Source: Octopus bimaculoides (lineage: Eukaryota). From it: a stretch of DNA of 64,000 nucleotides. A model generated the notes under the pieces. That model made no database searches and was not told where the DNA came from. It worked only from the letters and a program-made list of their open reading frames with translations. A program made the translations under genes and the position numbers. Shown here one piece after another: positions 50,051 through 63,873 of the stretch (the stretch's first letter is position 1; each line of letters begins with the position of its first letter). Location: assembly GCF_001194135.2 (NCBI RefSeq), contig NC_068984.1:133532883-133596882 (forward strand). The letters are read 5' to 3'.

Positions 50051-50960
50051 TGTTATAATCTTTAAAATTTTGGATTATTATAACGCCCACTTTGGTATAC
50101 AGTATACTTAATAAAACCAATAAAGACACAATTATCTCTGACTGCCTAATATGTACTCTTGTACTTCACGTACTTCTCTTATAGTGACTAAGTTATTCCA
50201 CTCATCATGTGGGACGGGTGTACCATTATTACTAACTTCCTACAACATCTCCCCTTTCAAGTTTTTCTTTGGAAGTGTCATTTTATTTAGCAATATTTTT
50301 TTTATTCACCCCCACCCCTCTTTTTGGGTTTTTCTTTCATACAATTTAATATTTTTTGCACTTGGCATCTATGTTCAGGAACTCTATGTTTTCTTTTCCT
50401 CTCACTTGTAACACCTGGGTTCAATCATCTGCAGTGGCATTGGTACTTGGAACGTATTGTACAACCATTCCATTAGTTCCTCCAATTTCTTTGGTTCGTT
50501 TTCCACAAATCTATTTTACAGTTGGTTCCTGTGTCTCTTTTGTATGCCTTTTCTATTTTTTACCCAATACATCATTTGGTAATTACATGCATTTGGTAAT
50601 TACACCATCTTTCCAACTCTGCTTTCCATTCTTCTATGCCCTCATATATACCTTTTCACCAACTTTAAAGAATCTAGCTATGTCTTCCCAGGCACTTTTT
50701 CTTTTCTTGCCAGGGAGCAATTTATGAAAGACTGATTTTACTTTCCTTGCAAACATCAGCTCCACTGGTGAGTGACCTGCTGGTGTATTCAGATTTGGTG
50801 TCACACAGTACACTTTTAAAAACTGTTGTAGAGCTACCTCACCCATGACTTCCTTATTCGATTTTCTAAGGACTCTTTTGAAGGTATCAACAAAGCATTC
50901 TGCCTGTCCATTAGATCTGGGATGGTGTTCAGCCAAAGATTCCTTACATCATACTTTAAA
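50051..50960 (-). mobile_element. Gypsy/Ty3 LTR retrotransposon remnant: integrase C-part, PPT and 3' LTR
   Basis: HHPRSNGQAECFVDTFKRVLRK...FLKVY..TPN..TPAGHSPVELMFARKVKS. Polypurine tract GAAAGGGGAGA, then LTR TGTTGTA...TATAACA at 50247-50051 (197 bp). Confidence 0.88.
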
Positions 50961-51094
50961 AAAAGGACATACTGAATAGCTTAGTCCTAGATACACTAAG
51001 TCTAAAAAGAAAAAAACAAAAACAAACTGATGGTAGCAGCTAGAATGCCTTTGAGCATAAGTCTCTTTAATCAAGACTAAACCTGAGTTTAAAC

Positions 51095-51381
51095 CAAGGC
51101 TGTGGAGTCAGATTCATGGAATCGGAGTCAGAAACAATTAAGGGGTAGCTAGAGTCGGAGTTGGTAAAACTATACTGATTCCAACTCCAACTCACAATAT
51201 CTTTATTCTTTAATATAAACCAATTATAACATATAGGTCTACTCAAAGTACAAGCGTATGCACGTGCTTTATGAGATATGTAGACCACAATCACTTGATT
51301 ATATAAAGAGGAGTCGAAGGTGCCAATAGTAGAGGAGTCGGAGTTAGAGTCAAAACTTTTTGCTTCAACTCCACAGCTCTG
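51095..51381. mobile_element. hAT-type MITE, copy 2
   Basis: TIRs CAAGGCTGTGGAGTC ... AACTCCACAGCTCTG. 8-bp TSD gtttaaac / ggttaaac. Confidence 0.82.
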
Positions 51382-52552
51382 GGTTAAACAACTTCAATAT
51401 TCACTTGCCAGCAGTCCACACCACTAATAGTCTTATTATTGGTAGAGTGCCAGACTAAATGAGCTGCAGTATTTCGTTTGTCTACATTCCGAGTTCAAGT
51501 TTTCTTTCCATCCCTTCAGTCATGTAATAGGTCAATATCATCAACTCTTCTCCTTCTAAAACATTTGTAGCTTGGTACTATGATAACATCATCACCTGCT
51601 TTGGCTTTGCTTACAATTGCCAATCACAGTGTTTCACTAACTGTCTACATTTTCATTGATTTCAGACCTACCATCACAGTTACATCAACTGCCTTTAAAC
51701 ACACAATATCTTTTACTGTCGATTTGCATCTTTCATTTTTATCACGCCTAAGTCATATTAACAATCCATTTACCCACTTCCATTGTTTCTTTTAACAAAT
51801 ACATTTCTTATCTTGAGAATTGAATTTTAACTTTTACATTCATGGTACTTTACTTGCAGTTGTCATGTGAGAAATATAATCTTAGTGGTGCTATATATTA
51901 TTCTGATACAAAACCAAACTGCATTTACTCCTTATGCTAACTACCCTAGCTCCCTACTACTTCTCTTTGGCATACCCTCATCTAAAATCTTACCTATCAC
52001 CATCCACACAAAGAAGAGTGAGACTAGTCAGTAACCTAACAAACAGACAAATTTCTTCCCTTTTTTTTTACCTGCCTGGGAAGCCTTTAGCAGGCTCATA
52101 CGCATTGTTCATCCTTCTCCAATTTAGCTACAATTACAAAAATTTTATTGATGCAAGGTCAGCTATGGCTGTGTGGTTAAAACACTCATTTTGCAATCAC
52201 ATGGTTTCAGGTTCACTTCCTCTATGTGGCACCAGGCCTAGACCAAGCAATGCCTTGTGAGTGAATTTGGTAGATGGAAAATGTGTGAAGCCTGTTGTGT
52301 GTGTGTCACCACTGTTTGACAACTGGTATTAGTTTGTCTACATCTCCATAACTAGATGGTTCAGCAAAAAAAAAAACACCAATAAAATAAGTATTAGACT
52401 TACAAAAATATGTACTAAAATCATGGCTGCAGTCCAATGACTGAAACGAGTAAATGGTAAATGATAAGGAGAGCTTTGTGGCTTCAAAAGTCACAAAGAT
52501 GGTGGATGGAGGACATTAGAGACACACACAGTGTGTGCATATGTGTGTGAGT

Positions 52553-52566
52553 GAGAGAGAGAGAGC

Positions 52567-52628
<62 letters not shown>

Positions 52629-52638
52629 AAGAGAGAGA
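52553..52638. repeat. (GA)n microsatellite
   Basis: Direct reading. Confidence 0.95.
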
Positions 52639-53078
52639 ATTCAATATCTTTACTGCAGAAGAGCAGTATTAACATTTACTTTTCTTGTGACTATATTACC
52701 AATGAAATATACTGTCTATGTTTTTCAATAAAACAAACTCGGAATTCCAAGGGATGTAATAAAATAATGCATTGCTTCATTATTAATCTGGTATTTGGAA
52801 TGTAACTTAACAGATACGTTCTTTCATAAAATTCTGGTGGAAGGTTTTAAATCACGATATAAACATTTTAAAACAAACAATTTTGTAATAAAGCGCCAGG
52901 GGTGGTCTTAAAAGAGTCAAAGAATAAAATAAAAGACACACCCACAGTGTTTGTTACACACACCTAAAATTTTGTGCTACTTTTTTCCTTTATTCTTGAC
53001 CACACAGCAAGCCAAGTGAGTTAAGTAATTGTTTCATAAAACAGATAACCAGTATGATGTAAGTAGTTCAAAATACTC

Positions 53079-53205
53079 AGATCGGAAGAGCNNNNNNNNN
53101 NNNNNNNNNNNNNNNNNNNNNNNNNNNNNNNNNNNNNNNNNNNNNNNNNNNNNNNNNNNNNNNNNNNNNNNNNNNNNNNNNNNNNNNNNNNNNNNNNNNN
53201 NNNNN
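53079..53205. other. Illumina adapter remnant followed by an assembly gap
   Basis: AGATCGGAAGAGC at 53079-53091 directly abuts 114 N (53092-53205). Confidence 0.92.
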
Positions 53206-53617
53206 GCGAGGGTGGAGGGTGGGCGAGGGTGGAGGGTGGGCGAGAGAGGAAAATAGGTTATTTGGCAAAATACTAAATGAGAAGGAAAGAAAGGAGTGGT
53301 GTCATTTAGTAGCTGTGTATAACAATTAAAGTGTGGAAAATTGTGTTGAGACAACCTACCACACCAGTCATGGTCACTACTATGTAACAAGCCAATGTGA
53401 GAGCCTCTAAGTGGTCATTCAATCTGCTAAACATAGCAGCCACATCTCCCACAAATCACATCATACAATCTTAAACACAGGATCATCATCATCATCATCA
53501 TCATCGTAACCCTGGGTTCGTGAGCACAGGAAAAGGAAAATGAGGTGGTTTTATGACTGGAAGGTTTTCGGTTAGAGCTCTGTTCAATCAGCAACTGACC
53601 CAGAGCCAAACAACAAA

Positions 53618-53686
<69 letters not shown>
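53618..53686. repeat. (TAC)23 microsatellite
   Basis: Direct reading. Confidence 0.95.
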
Positions 53687-53755
53687 CACAAGAAACAGCA
53701 AAGCACAAATATTTTTTTTATCTTAAATAATAATAATAATAATAATAATCTTTTA

Positions 53756-54090
53756 TCTTTTACTTATTTCAGTCATTAGACTGTGGCCATGCTGGGGCAC
53801 CACCTTGAAGAATTTTAGTTAAATAAATCAACTTGTCATTTTTTAAGCCTGGTACTTATTCTATTGGTCTCTTTAGCTGAACTGCTAAGTTACAGGGGTG
53901 TAAACCAAATACAGACACAAAGATGCATATACATGTAATGGGCTGCTTTCAGTTTCTGTGTGCCAAATCCACTCACAAGGTTTTGGCAATCCTGAGGCTA
54001 TAGTAGAAGACACTTGTTCAAGGTGCCACGCAGTGAAACTGAACCCAGAACCATGTGGTTGGGAAGCTAACTTCTTACCACACAGCCAGG
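53756..54090 (-). mobile_element. Third SINE family (head GTGGCTGTGTGGTAAGAAG..GGTTC)
   Basis: tRNA-like head at the right end. Related copies at 55740-56104 (-), 20740-20890 (-), 22060-22215 (-), 12670 (+), 46520 (+), 48830 (+) and 52160 (+). Confidence 0.72.
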
Positions 54091-54346
54091 CCTGCATCTA
54101 TAATAATAATAATAATAATCCTTTCTACTACAGGCACGAGGCCTGAAATTTGGGGGGAGAGAGACAGTTGATTACATTGACCCCAGTTTTTCACTGGTAC
54201 TTTATCGACCCTGTAAGGATGAAAAGTAATGTTGACCTCAGCAGAATTTGAACTCAGAACATAGCAACACGCATTTCATCCAGTGTGCTAACAATTCTGC
54301 CAGCTCACTGCCTTAATAATAATAATAGTAATAATAATAATAATAA

Positions 54347-54693
54347 TGAAATGGAAAAACTTTCAAAATACAAAGACCTGGAAATAGAGATAACTCGAAT
54401 GTGGAATCTAAAAACAGAAACAATTCCTATCATAGTAGGTGCCTTAGGTATAATAAAAAAATATTCAGACAAATACATAACAAAAACACCAGGACTTACA
54501 AATATATATAACATACAGAAAATTGCACTACTGGGTACTGCACACATTCTACGCAAAACACTTTCAATACAGTAAACATAAGAGCACCACAGCAAACCAC
54601 AGCACATACCCAAGGCGCACAGAGCTGCGCTCGGTAGTGAAGTGAAAGCACGTTATAAAAATAAAACTACTGAATAATAATAATAATAATAAT
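54347..54693 (+). mobile_element. 3' end of an RLE-type non-LTR retrotransposon (HERO/NeSL/CRE-like) with (AAT)n tail
   Basis: EKLSKYKDLEIEITRMWNLKTETIPIIVGALG...IQKIALLGTAHILRKTLS* is the restriction-like endonuclease C-terminus. Short 3' UTR and (AAT)n. Confidence 0.82.
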
Positions 54694-55042
54694 CCTTTCT
54701 ATTAGAAGCACAAGGCTTCAAATTTGGGGGAAGAGATTAAGTTGATTTCAGTGACTCCAGTGCATAACTGGTACTAATTTTATTGACCCCAAAAAGGATG
54801 AAAGGCAAAGTTGACCTTGGTGGAATTTGAACTCAGAACGTTACTACAAATGAAATACTGCTAAGAATTTCCTCCAACGACCACATTTTCTCAGCTACAA
54901 TTATCTGATTAATCAGGTTCTTCAAGTCAAGTCTTTCTATCCCATTCTTCTTGAATTTTCATATTACAGGTTTCTTAACTAAACAAATTTTTTTTTCCCT
55001 TATCTCTCACAGTAAAGCCTCTCTTACTCTCCCCTGCACGCG

Positions 55043-55074
<32 letters not shown>

Positions 55075-55390
55075 CGTGTGCCTCCCTCCCATGAAAAACT
55101 TCCAACACATTCACACACCCCAATACATAGATTTATTTCTTCCTTTACACACATACATACAACCCATTTTCATCTACTAACCTATTAACAAGGTTGTGAT
55201 TTTCCACCCAACAGCAGACATCCTCTGACGTAATAAAATTATATCAGGAATGAAATGAAAAACAACACAAATAAGATAAGATAATGAGAAGAATTTATGC
55301 AATGAAGAAAGCAGAATATTTGATCCTCCTCAGAAAGAGCAGCTAAAGTTCTCCTCTTCAGGGTTATGGTATATAATTCAAAGAATTACT

Positions 55391-55675
55391 TCCAGGGCTC
55401 CTGGACTGGCTCTTGTGCGGGTGGCACATAAGATGCACCATTTCGAGCGTGGCCGTTGCCAGTACCGCCTGACTGGCCTTCGTGCGGGTGACACGTAAAA
55501 GCACCCACTACACTCTCTGAGTGGTTGGCGTTAGGAAGGGCATCCAGCTGTAGAAACTCTGCCAAATTAGATTGGAGCCTGGTGTTGCCATCCGGTTTCA
55601 CCAGTCCTCAGTCAAATCGTCCAACCCATGCTAGCATGGAAAGCGGACGTTAAACGACGATGATGATGATGATGA
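55391..55675 (+). mobile_element. Abundant retroposon with (TGA)n tail
   Basis: Body ...GTTAGGAAGGGCATCCAGCTGTAGAAAC...GGAAAGCGGACGTTAAACGA(TGA)n. Many copies in the window. Confidence 0.75.
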
Positions 55676-58098
55676 CTATACAAACTTAAGAATTCACATA
55701 ATCATCATCATCATCATCATCATCGTCAGTTTAAGTTTATTCTTTTACTTGTTTTAGTCATTAGACTGCGGCCATGCTGGAGTGCCACCTTTAGTTGAAG
55801 AAATCGACCCCAGGACTTATTCCTTGTAAGCCTATTCTATCAGTCTCTTTTGCTGGACTCCTAAGTTACAGGACATAAACACACCAACATCGGTTGTCAA
55901 ACGATAGTGGGGGGATAAATACAGACACACAAACCCACACACACACACATGATGGGTTTCTTTCAGTTTCCGTCTACCAAACCCACTCACAAAGCTTTGG
56001 TTGGCCTAAGGCTATAATAGAAGACACTTACCCAAGATGCCAGAGAGTAGGACTGAACCTGGAATCATGTGGTTGAGAAGCAAGCTTCTTATCACACAGC
56101 CACGTCCACTTTTTGATACTCACATGGATCGGACAAAATTTTAATGAGATGAATTTTTCCATAGCTGGATGCCCTTCCTGTCAACAGCCCCCTCCTGTTT
56201 CCAGATAAACTAATATTTCCCTATGGTAAGGCATGTTTTCATGGAAGATTGGAAGCAAAGGACACCGCTGGTATGATGGTGAAACTCATTTACAACTATA
56301 GCATTATGTCAAGGCAAGGGGACAGAAAAACACACACAAAGGGCTTCTCTCACCTTCCATCCATGAAATCTCCTCACAAAGCTTTGGTCAGCCTGGGGCT
56401 ACAAGTAGAAGACAATTGCTCAAGGTGCCACACATTCATCATCGTTTAACGTCTGTTCTCCATGCTGGCATGAGTTAGACAGTTTGACTGGAACTGGTAA
56501 GCCGGAGAGCTGCACCAGGCTCCCATTGTTTGTTTTGGCTTTAGTTTCTACTACCATTACAATATCAAGATAAGAAGACACAAACATACACACTCACACA
56601 CATATACATACATACATGTGTACACACAAAGACACACACACACACACACACACATATGTTAAATAAAATGAGACAACAAAGCCAAGGCTGTGTGGAATTT
56701 ATAGGACATTTATGAAGAGAAAGATAGTCTTACAGCTGTTTCTGGGATATTGTTGAAACTGCATAAGAATGACTAAAAATTACTCTCCAGAGGAAGGAAA
56801 TTCTTCAACCAGATTAGATCCTGACCTTCAATGAAGTTCAAATGCAATGCATATTAAAGAATATGTGATGGTGTTGCATCTATACAGCCAAAAGACAATT
56901 TCTTGATTGACAAAGATTCAATCACCGACACCTTGTAACTTCAGGAATTCATATGCACTTTCTCTTCTCTCACTAACAATCATGGCTCTGCCTGTTGAAC
57001 TAGGTTATTATATACCTCCATGACTTGATTCTAACAGTAACTCACCACCTAGATTCTGGACTAAATGACCCCCCACCCCACCCAGTTTTTCCTTCTAAGA
57101 ACTTCAGCCATTTGGAATTCCCTCTCCGCTTATACCATTCCCAAGAGACATTGACCTACACATATTCAAGCCTACACGTCAAGTGCATGCATCAATCTCT
57201 CTCACCATGCGGGAAGAAGGATAAGGGTCAAAAAACACAAATGTTCCCCCTCGTCCTCCACCTCCTCCTCACTCACTTAGCAAAAATTCTTTTTTTAATC
57301 TAATCCTTAAATCTGCTTACAGACACCAAAATACAACAGATCATAAAAGATTTCTTTTTATTATCTATCATTTTTAATAACTGGGAACTTCTCACACTTT
57401 CAAAACAGAATAATTTAAAGTAGTTCTCTTTGTATTTACATAACAAACAAAAACGATGAAGAAAGATATTTCATTTAACCCTTTCACAATGAAATTAAAT
57501 TTCATGGTTGTTCCAATAATAATGTTAAATATCTAGAAAATCAGAATTGGTATTTTGTACAAGTCACATTGTCTCAATAAATATGACATCTCTCAACAGA
57601 AAATAGTTTCAAATGTTACATTCCTCAACAAAAGATTGATTGGTATATAAAACTGCTTTCCAAAGTTAAGGATAATGAAATTTTGAATGGATATACCTGA
57701 TTTCTGCAGTAAAAAAGTTCATAAACTCTCAAGGAGAAATACATAATATTGATTTCAGAACATTTATTTTTCAGTCTAGTATAAATTTTCTTTCCTACTC
57801 TAGGCACAAGGCCCGAAATTGGGGGGGGGGGAGACAGTCAATTAGATCGACACCAGTACACAACTGGTACTTATTTTATTAACCCCGAAAGGTTGAAAGG
57901 CAAAGTTGACCTTGGTGGAATTTGAACTCAGAACATAAAGACAGACGAAATACCGCTAAGAATTTCGCCTGGTGTGCTAATGTTTCTGCCAGCTCACTAC
58001 CTTGCTAGTCACAAACATAGCCAAGTCTGTATCTCTGCGTATTTGTATGTATTATGTGTGTTAGTCTCTCTCTTTCTTTGTCTGTTTCTCACTTTATG

Positions 58099-58131
<33 letters not shown>

Positions 58132-59029
58132 TGGTATATCTTTTACCTTTTACTTATTTTAGTCATTGGACTGCAGCCATGCTGGGCACCACCTTGAAGG
58201 GTTTAGTCAAACAAATTGATCCCACTAATCTAGTATAAATACTGCCAATTGGTTATACAAGTTACCTCAAAGGAGGCAACTTCATAAAATAAACAAAACT
58301 GACTAAAAAAACACAAACCAACAACTTCTTTTAAAGCTTTTAAAACGAAAGGTTAAAGGGTAACCTAATTATTATTATCATCACTATTTGGCCTACAAAG
58401 ATATAACAGGACAAATTATACACTTAAAGACCCAGAAGAAAACATTTGAATAAATTGCATGGTACAGTAACTGGAATTGTAAAGAGTAAATTTTTCTACT
58501 TCAGTAGTTGCCACAGTTATAAAGACACTCCCCAACCCCACACTTAACAGAGTGCAATGGGTGCATTTTATTGTGATCCCCTGCATTAGAGAAGGTAGGA
58601 GTGAGAGAGTGATGGATAGCAAATGGCAGATAAAGAGTAAGAATAAATGATGGAATATCAATACCAAATGGCTAGAGGGGAGCATAAAGTGTATGAGGTA
58701 CATGCAGCTTTGATCAAGTTCTTTATGTAATATGCCTTAAGAGCTGTTGAAATTCCTCATATATATATATATATATATTGCTTACAGAATTACAGGTGTA
58801 GCTAGAGCAGAGCAAGAAGAAACAGGTAGCACAAAATTTTCTCTGGTTTATAAAAGGTAAGGGTGGAAAAAATGTCTTTGCCCCCCAGGCACTGAGAATT
58901 CTTGCTAGGTCACAGCATAAAGCTTAATATTACTTTTATCAAAATTTTAGCAACTGAATCACAATTACTACTCATATCAAAGAGACACAATGCTGCTCCC
59001 TTTTTGCCCTGAACGACTTGTAACTAAAA

Positions 59030-59530
59030 TGTTCGCTAATTCTATAAAGTTAGATCTCACAATATCTGGTGACCTCTTAGGGTGACCATACAAATCTAGA
59101 ACATAGTCAAAACCAACATTTGAAAAGCTAGGCCTTCCGTCCAAGGCCAAGAAATACTTCAGCTCTGAATAACTGTTAGCATTAAGGAAAGTTCAAGTGC
59201 ATCCCACACTAGAGCACTGATCATATGTCTGAAACAGCAACTCCAAAACTACTATCTTACAGATTGGCAAGTCTTTAATGATACACTATAACAAGCATTG
59301 TGTGCCACCTTTATCTCTTTTATTGCCCCTCTAACAGACTCTATGCCTCTTATCTAGTTAGGTAATCCATCCAAGTTCGTCTGGTCTACTTGCTCCTTTT
59401 CCTCTTATCATCCCAATTGTGTTTCACTTGCAAAATCCCAGACCAAACACTTAACTCAGAACTGCAATTCTAGAAACCCACCTTCTCCAAGCCAATTTTT
59501 TCTGTACAATCAACAGGCATAACTTCAAGC
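59030..59530 (+). mobile_element. L2/CR1-group LINE RT C-terminal remnant
   Basis: LDLTISGDL...KLGLPSKAKKYFSSE*LLALRKVQVHPTLEH*SYV* resembles LG.TI.SDL.W..HI...KLG.L.R...YF...LL.LYK.QVRP.LEY. Confidence 0.6.
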
Positions 59531-60370
59531 TGAACCATAGCTACATGGATTTTACTGGTCAGGCAAAACTCTGTACCTTTGCCTCAGAGTGAGTCCCCCA
59601 ATTTCATCACACATATACTACACAGACTAAACTTGCATGACGGTTTTGATCTATTTCAGGGGTAGAAAGTATTTTATTTCTAACTACAGCTGACTTTATA
59701 TAAGACACAAGTTTTCCCAACACTGGAATAACACTCACCCATCTGGAATGACACACCACACAACACTTATATTCTGGACTGCAACCATAAACGGCCATCT
59801 TCCTGATAGACAAATGTTTACTTATCAAAGTATTTTAACCACAGAGTAGCCATGCCTTTCATTCTGATGATACTACAATGGTTTCTGTTCCTCTAAACAT
59901 ACCAATTGTATAGCCATTCCTACTTAAACTTCTTATTTCTCCTGTCTCTTTTGCATTATCATCTTCTAGAACAGTGATGGTCTAGAGCAGGCTTGGGCAA
60001 TATTTTCAAGAAGTGGGCAGCATGAGACTTGGCTCATCAACAGGTGGGTTGTACTACTTAAAAAATTCAAGATAATTTTTTTGTTAGGCACCATTGAGGA
60101 AGTCTTGAGGGCCACAGTTTGCTTCAAACTTGTTTAGAGTGTACCAAACGTAAACTTCTTTAGTGCTCCTCTTATTCAAGTATCACTTATATCTGTACAT
60201 ATATTTTCATTTAAATGCTTACAGATAAGCTTTTTCCACAAAGTCCATCATGTCACCTAAAAACCAGTAGTGTGTCACCGCTGACAAGCATGTCATAGGT
60301 TTGTCACCAGCACTCTAGATCATATATTAAGCAATTACCCAGTCCTTTCCTTCTTATAATTACATCCAAT

Positions 60371-60586
60371 AGAAAGGCAGCAAGCTGGTAGAATCATTAG
60401 CACGCCGGGCAAAATGCTTAGCGGTATTTCGTCTGCCACTGCGTTCTGAGTTCAAATTCCGCCGAGGTTGACTTTGCTTTTCATCCTTTCGGGGTCAATG
60501 AAATAAGTACAAGTTATGCACTGGGATCGATGAAATCGACTATCCCCTTCCCTTGAATTTCAGGCCTTGTGCCTATAGTAGAAAGG
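60371..60586 (+). mobile_element. Young full-length short SINE with 15-bp TSD
   Basis: Perfect TSD ataattacatccaat at 60356-60370 and 60587-60601. CpGs retained. Confidence 0.92.
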
Positions 60587-60741
60587 ATAATTACATCCAA
60601 TGAGAGCTTCTTCCTGCTTATGCCCCCACTAGCAATTAACTATACCCAGCTCTGCCTACATTCCAGTCTATGAGGAAGGTATTGAAAGGTTATGGGTATT
60701 GTACCAGCTCCAGAGACAAAATTATATAAGAAAACATTGAA

Positions 60742-60808
60742 AGAAGGAGACACTCAATAAGGAGACACTCAAGAAGGAGACACTCAATAAGGAGACACTC
60801 AATAAGGA
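60742..60808. repeat. 15-bp tandem repeat AGGAGACACTCAA(T/G)A x4
   Basis: Direct reading. Confidence 0.85.
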
Positions 60809-63800
60809 AACTTTCAATTTTGGAAGTTGACCTTGTTGTACAGCACAAGCAAGACACTTATCAGTTTGCTATTTGTGCCAAGTTCAGACATGACTCTTGT
60901 CAAAAGGTAATAACATTATAATATCAATGAAGCTTTCAACAGTTACGTAAACCATTTGCGTGTCATCTGTCTGATAGCAAAGATTAGAAGCCAGCAGCCA
61001 TATAGCTAGTTACTGCCAGGACACTGACATATTGGAAGCAATTGATAAACTTACATATATAGCGATGCATATGTGCACACATACTTGTGTGTGATGTCAT
61101 CATATCAGAAAACTACAAATATATATATGTATATATATGTACATATATATTTGAGTGAGAGAGAAGTAATGTTTGTGGGTATTTTTCTCTCTCTTTCACA
61201 CACACACACACACACACAAGTTAATTGAAATGATTGAATTCCTCTCACTTGCAAAAACACTTATTCTTCTACGATACTTAAACATAGCAGTCTTAGGTAG
61301 GTGTTATGACCTCACAGTCACCATGACAACACTAGTAATATATGTATGCACACACATAACATATATATCTTTCGTAGTTAATGTATATATCTTTTGAAGT
61401 TAATTATATGTGCACATATTGACTAACTTTTGATAGTTGTCTGTATTTGTTTGCCTAAACATCCATGTAATTACATGTACTTTAATTTATTTTAAATTCA
61501 TTATATGCACGCAAACACGATTAGTTGTCATATCCAATCTGTATCAGCCTGAAAGTGTAATAAGCTTTTTATCACATGATATTGCAGGGAGTTTTTTCAA
61601 AGTCCATCATGTCACCTAAAACCCAGTACTGTGTCACTGCTGACAAGCATGTCAGGTTTGTCATCACTGTTCTAGACATATACTAAGCAATTACTCAGTC
61701 CTTTCCAACGAGAACCCCTTCTGGTCTATGTCTCCACTAACAATTAATTTTCCTCAGCTCTGCCTACATTGCAGTCTATGAGGATATTGAAAGCTTATGG
61801 GCATTGTACTACCTCCTGAGACTAAATCATATAAAAGAATGTTGAAAGAATAGCCTGAAATTGTAACAGACACTACCCCTCTTTCTGAAACTACCATCAT
61901 CGTTTTAGGTCTACTATCCACATTGGTATGGGTCGGTCATTTGGAGTTACTGCCCTCCTAGGTAACTCAGAAGATCATATCTCATGTGCATGGTCCATTA
62001 TAAGTGTGGTTTCTACAGCTGGATGCCCTTCCTAACACTAAACACTCTACAGAGTGAATTGGATGCATTTTATTGTGGCATCAGAATAAAAGAGATTAAG
62101 TCCTCAACAAAGATAAATTCATCAAGGCAGTAACCCCAGCATGGCCATACTCTAATGCTTGAAACAAGTAAAAAATAAAAGATAATCCTCTCCATTATCT
62201 ACATTATCACTATTGTTACAGTCACCTCTTCTCCATCTCTAATTATCTCCCTTCACATCCCTATGGAACATCCCCTTCTATCCCCTCTGAACCAATTATA
62301 CACCCTCCACTGTTCCCTGTAGATAGGTCCTGATGATCTCCAACACAATCTGTTTCCCCGCCTTCTCTCTCTCACTCTGGCTGTCTCTCTATCTTTCTCT
62401 AGAACTCTATCTCTCCTTCTTCTTCTTCTTCTTCTTCTCTCTTTTCCAACGTGTGTAGCCAAATATCTCCTGTACAGTTATGCATCTACTTCCATCCCTC
62501 TGTTATACTCCAACCCCTCACCTGGCACAAAGCCACTTCCACTCCCTCTCCCAGCTAAGAGGTCTTCATTTTGCAAGTTACTTGGCGACCCTAAACATCC
62601 AGTACACTTTGTAAAGGTGGTTGGTGTTAGGAAGGGCATCCAGCCATAGAAACCATGCCAAAGCAGACAATGGAGCCTGGTGCAATTCCTTGGCATGTCA
62701 GGTCCTGTTAAACTGTCCAACACATGCCAGCATGGAAGACAGATGTTAAATGATGATGATGATGATGATGATGAGGTAATCAACCATCCTCCTATTCCAA
62801 TGTTATTCTCTCTCCTTTATTTCAAATAATTTCAAACTCACTAGTGTTAATTAGAATACAATAAAAGACCATTTCAGAGATATTATATCTTAATTCAGCA
62901 GTCCTTAAAACCACAAGTAACAGCCCCACCTCAAAATTGCTGGAAATTTTACCTTCCACTCAAAACCCCACCCCACCTCATTCGCGGGACAGCCGAATAG
63001 TGCTTGCAACCACATTCTTCTCTTTTGTCCGATTTGGTGTTGAGCAAGTTTAAATTGTTTAACATTTTCTTTATTTTTGTCAAACACAGCAACTTGCCTG
63101 CCCCTTTTCAATCATCATAGTCCCACCACTATGAGAAACCCCCGATTTAATGTATATTGCATGCAAAGAGTAAGTGTTTCAAGAGGAATACCTGCCAGAA
63201 TACTCAGCCCTTTGGGGATAGGATAACATTCTAGAACTGGTATTATGTAATACAACTGGCTAAGTTTGTGTGACACACACACACTGCTGAGTTATGCTCG
63301 AATATTGAGAAAACACTGTAGATGTGTCAACCAATTCAGCCAATCAGCTTCCTGCATGTCCCCTTCTCATAATCAACCTGACCCAGCTACAGTCCCGAAT
63401 TCTAGAACTGTAACCGACCTCCAAAGGAACATACCTCATTATTTTAACAGCTATTCCACTTCCACTTTTTAGTCTCTGCATGTAATAAACATTAAATCAA
63501 TGGTGAAGCCATGGGGATTGGGAAAGGGGCGGACAAGTGATGATGTTTAATAAGAATCAAGATGTAACGAGCTTTAGTAATATGTTATAATGTTCAATGT
63601 AGCAGACTTAATATGTTGCTGTTAAACATGAGGTCAGCAAGACCAAACATTCCAATCATGATCATCATAGCTTTTTCAGAGGGGTATATCTTGGATTACA
63701 TTATCCAATGTAACCTTTTCCTATTTCTATCAGTTTGAGCAGTCGTGTAGAGACTCACTGATATGCAGGAAAAAAAGGGTGGAGTCAAACACCAGTTAGA

Positions 63801-63830
63801 CCAATCACAGGAAGGTAGGAGGAGTTTATA

Positions 63831-63873
<43 letters not shown>

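Noticed and set aside
62905-63111. Possible GCLC exon 1
   Set aside because: No frame gives MGLL or KWGDE, and there is no suitable donor.
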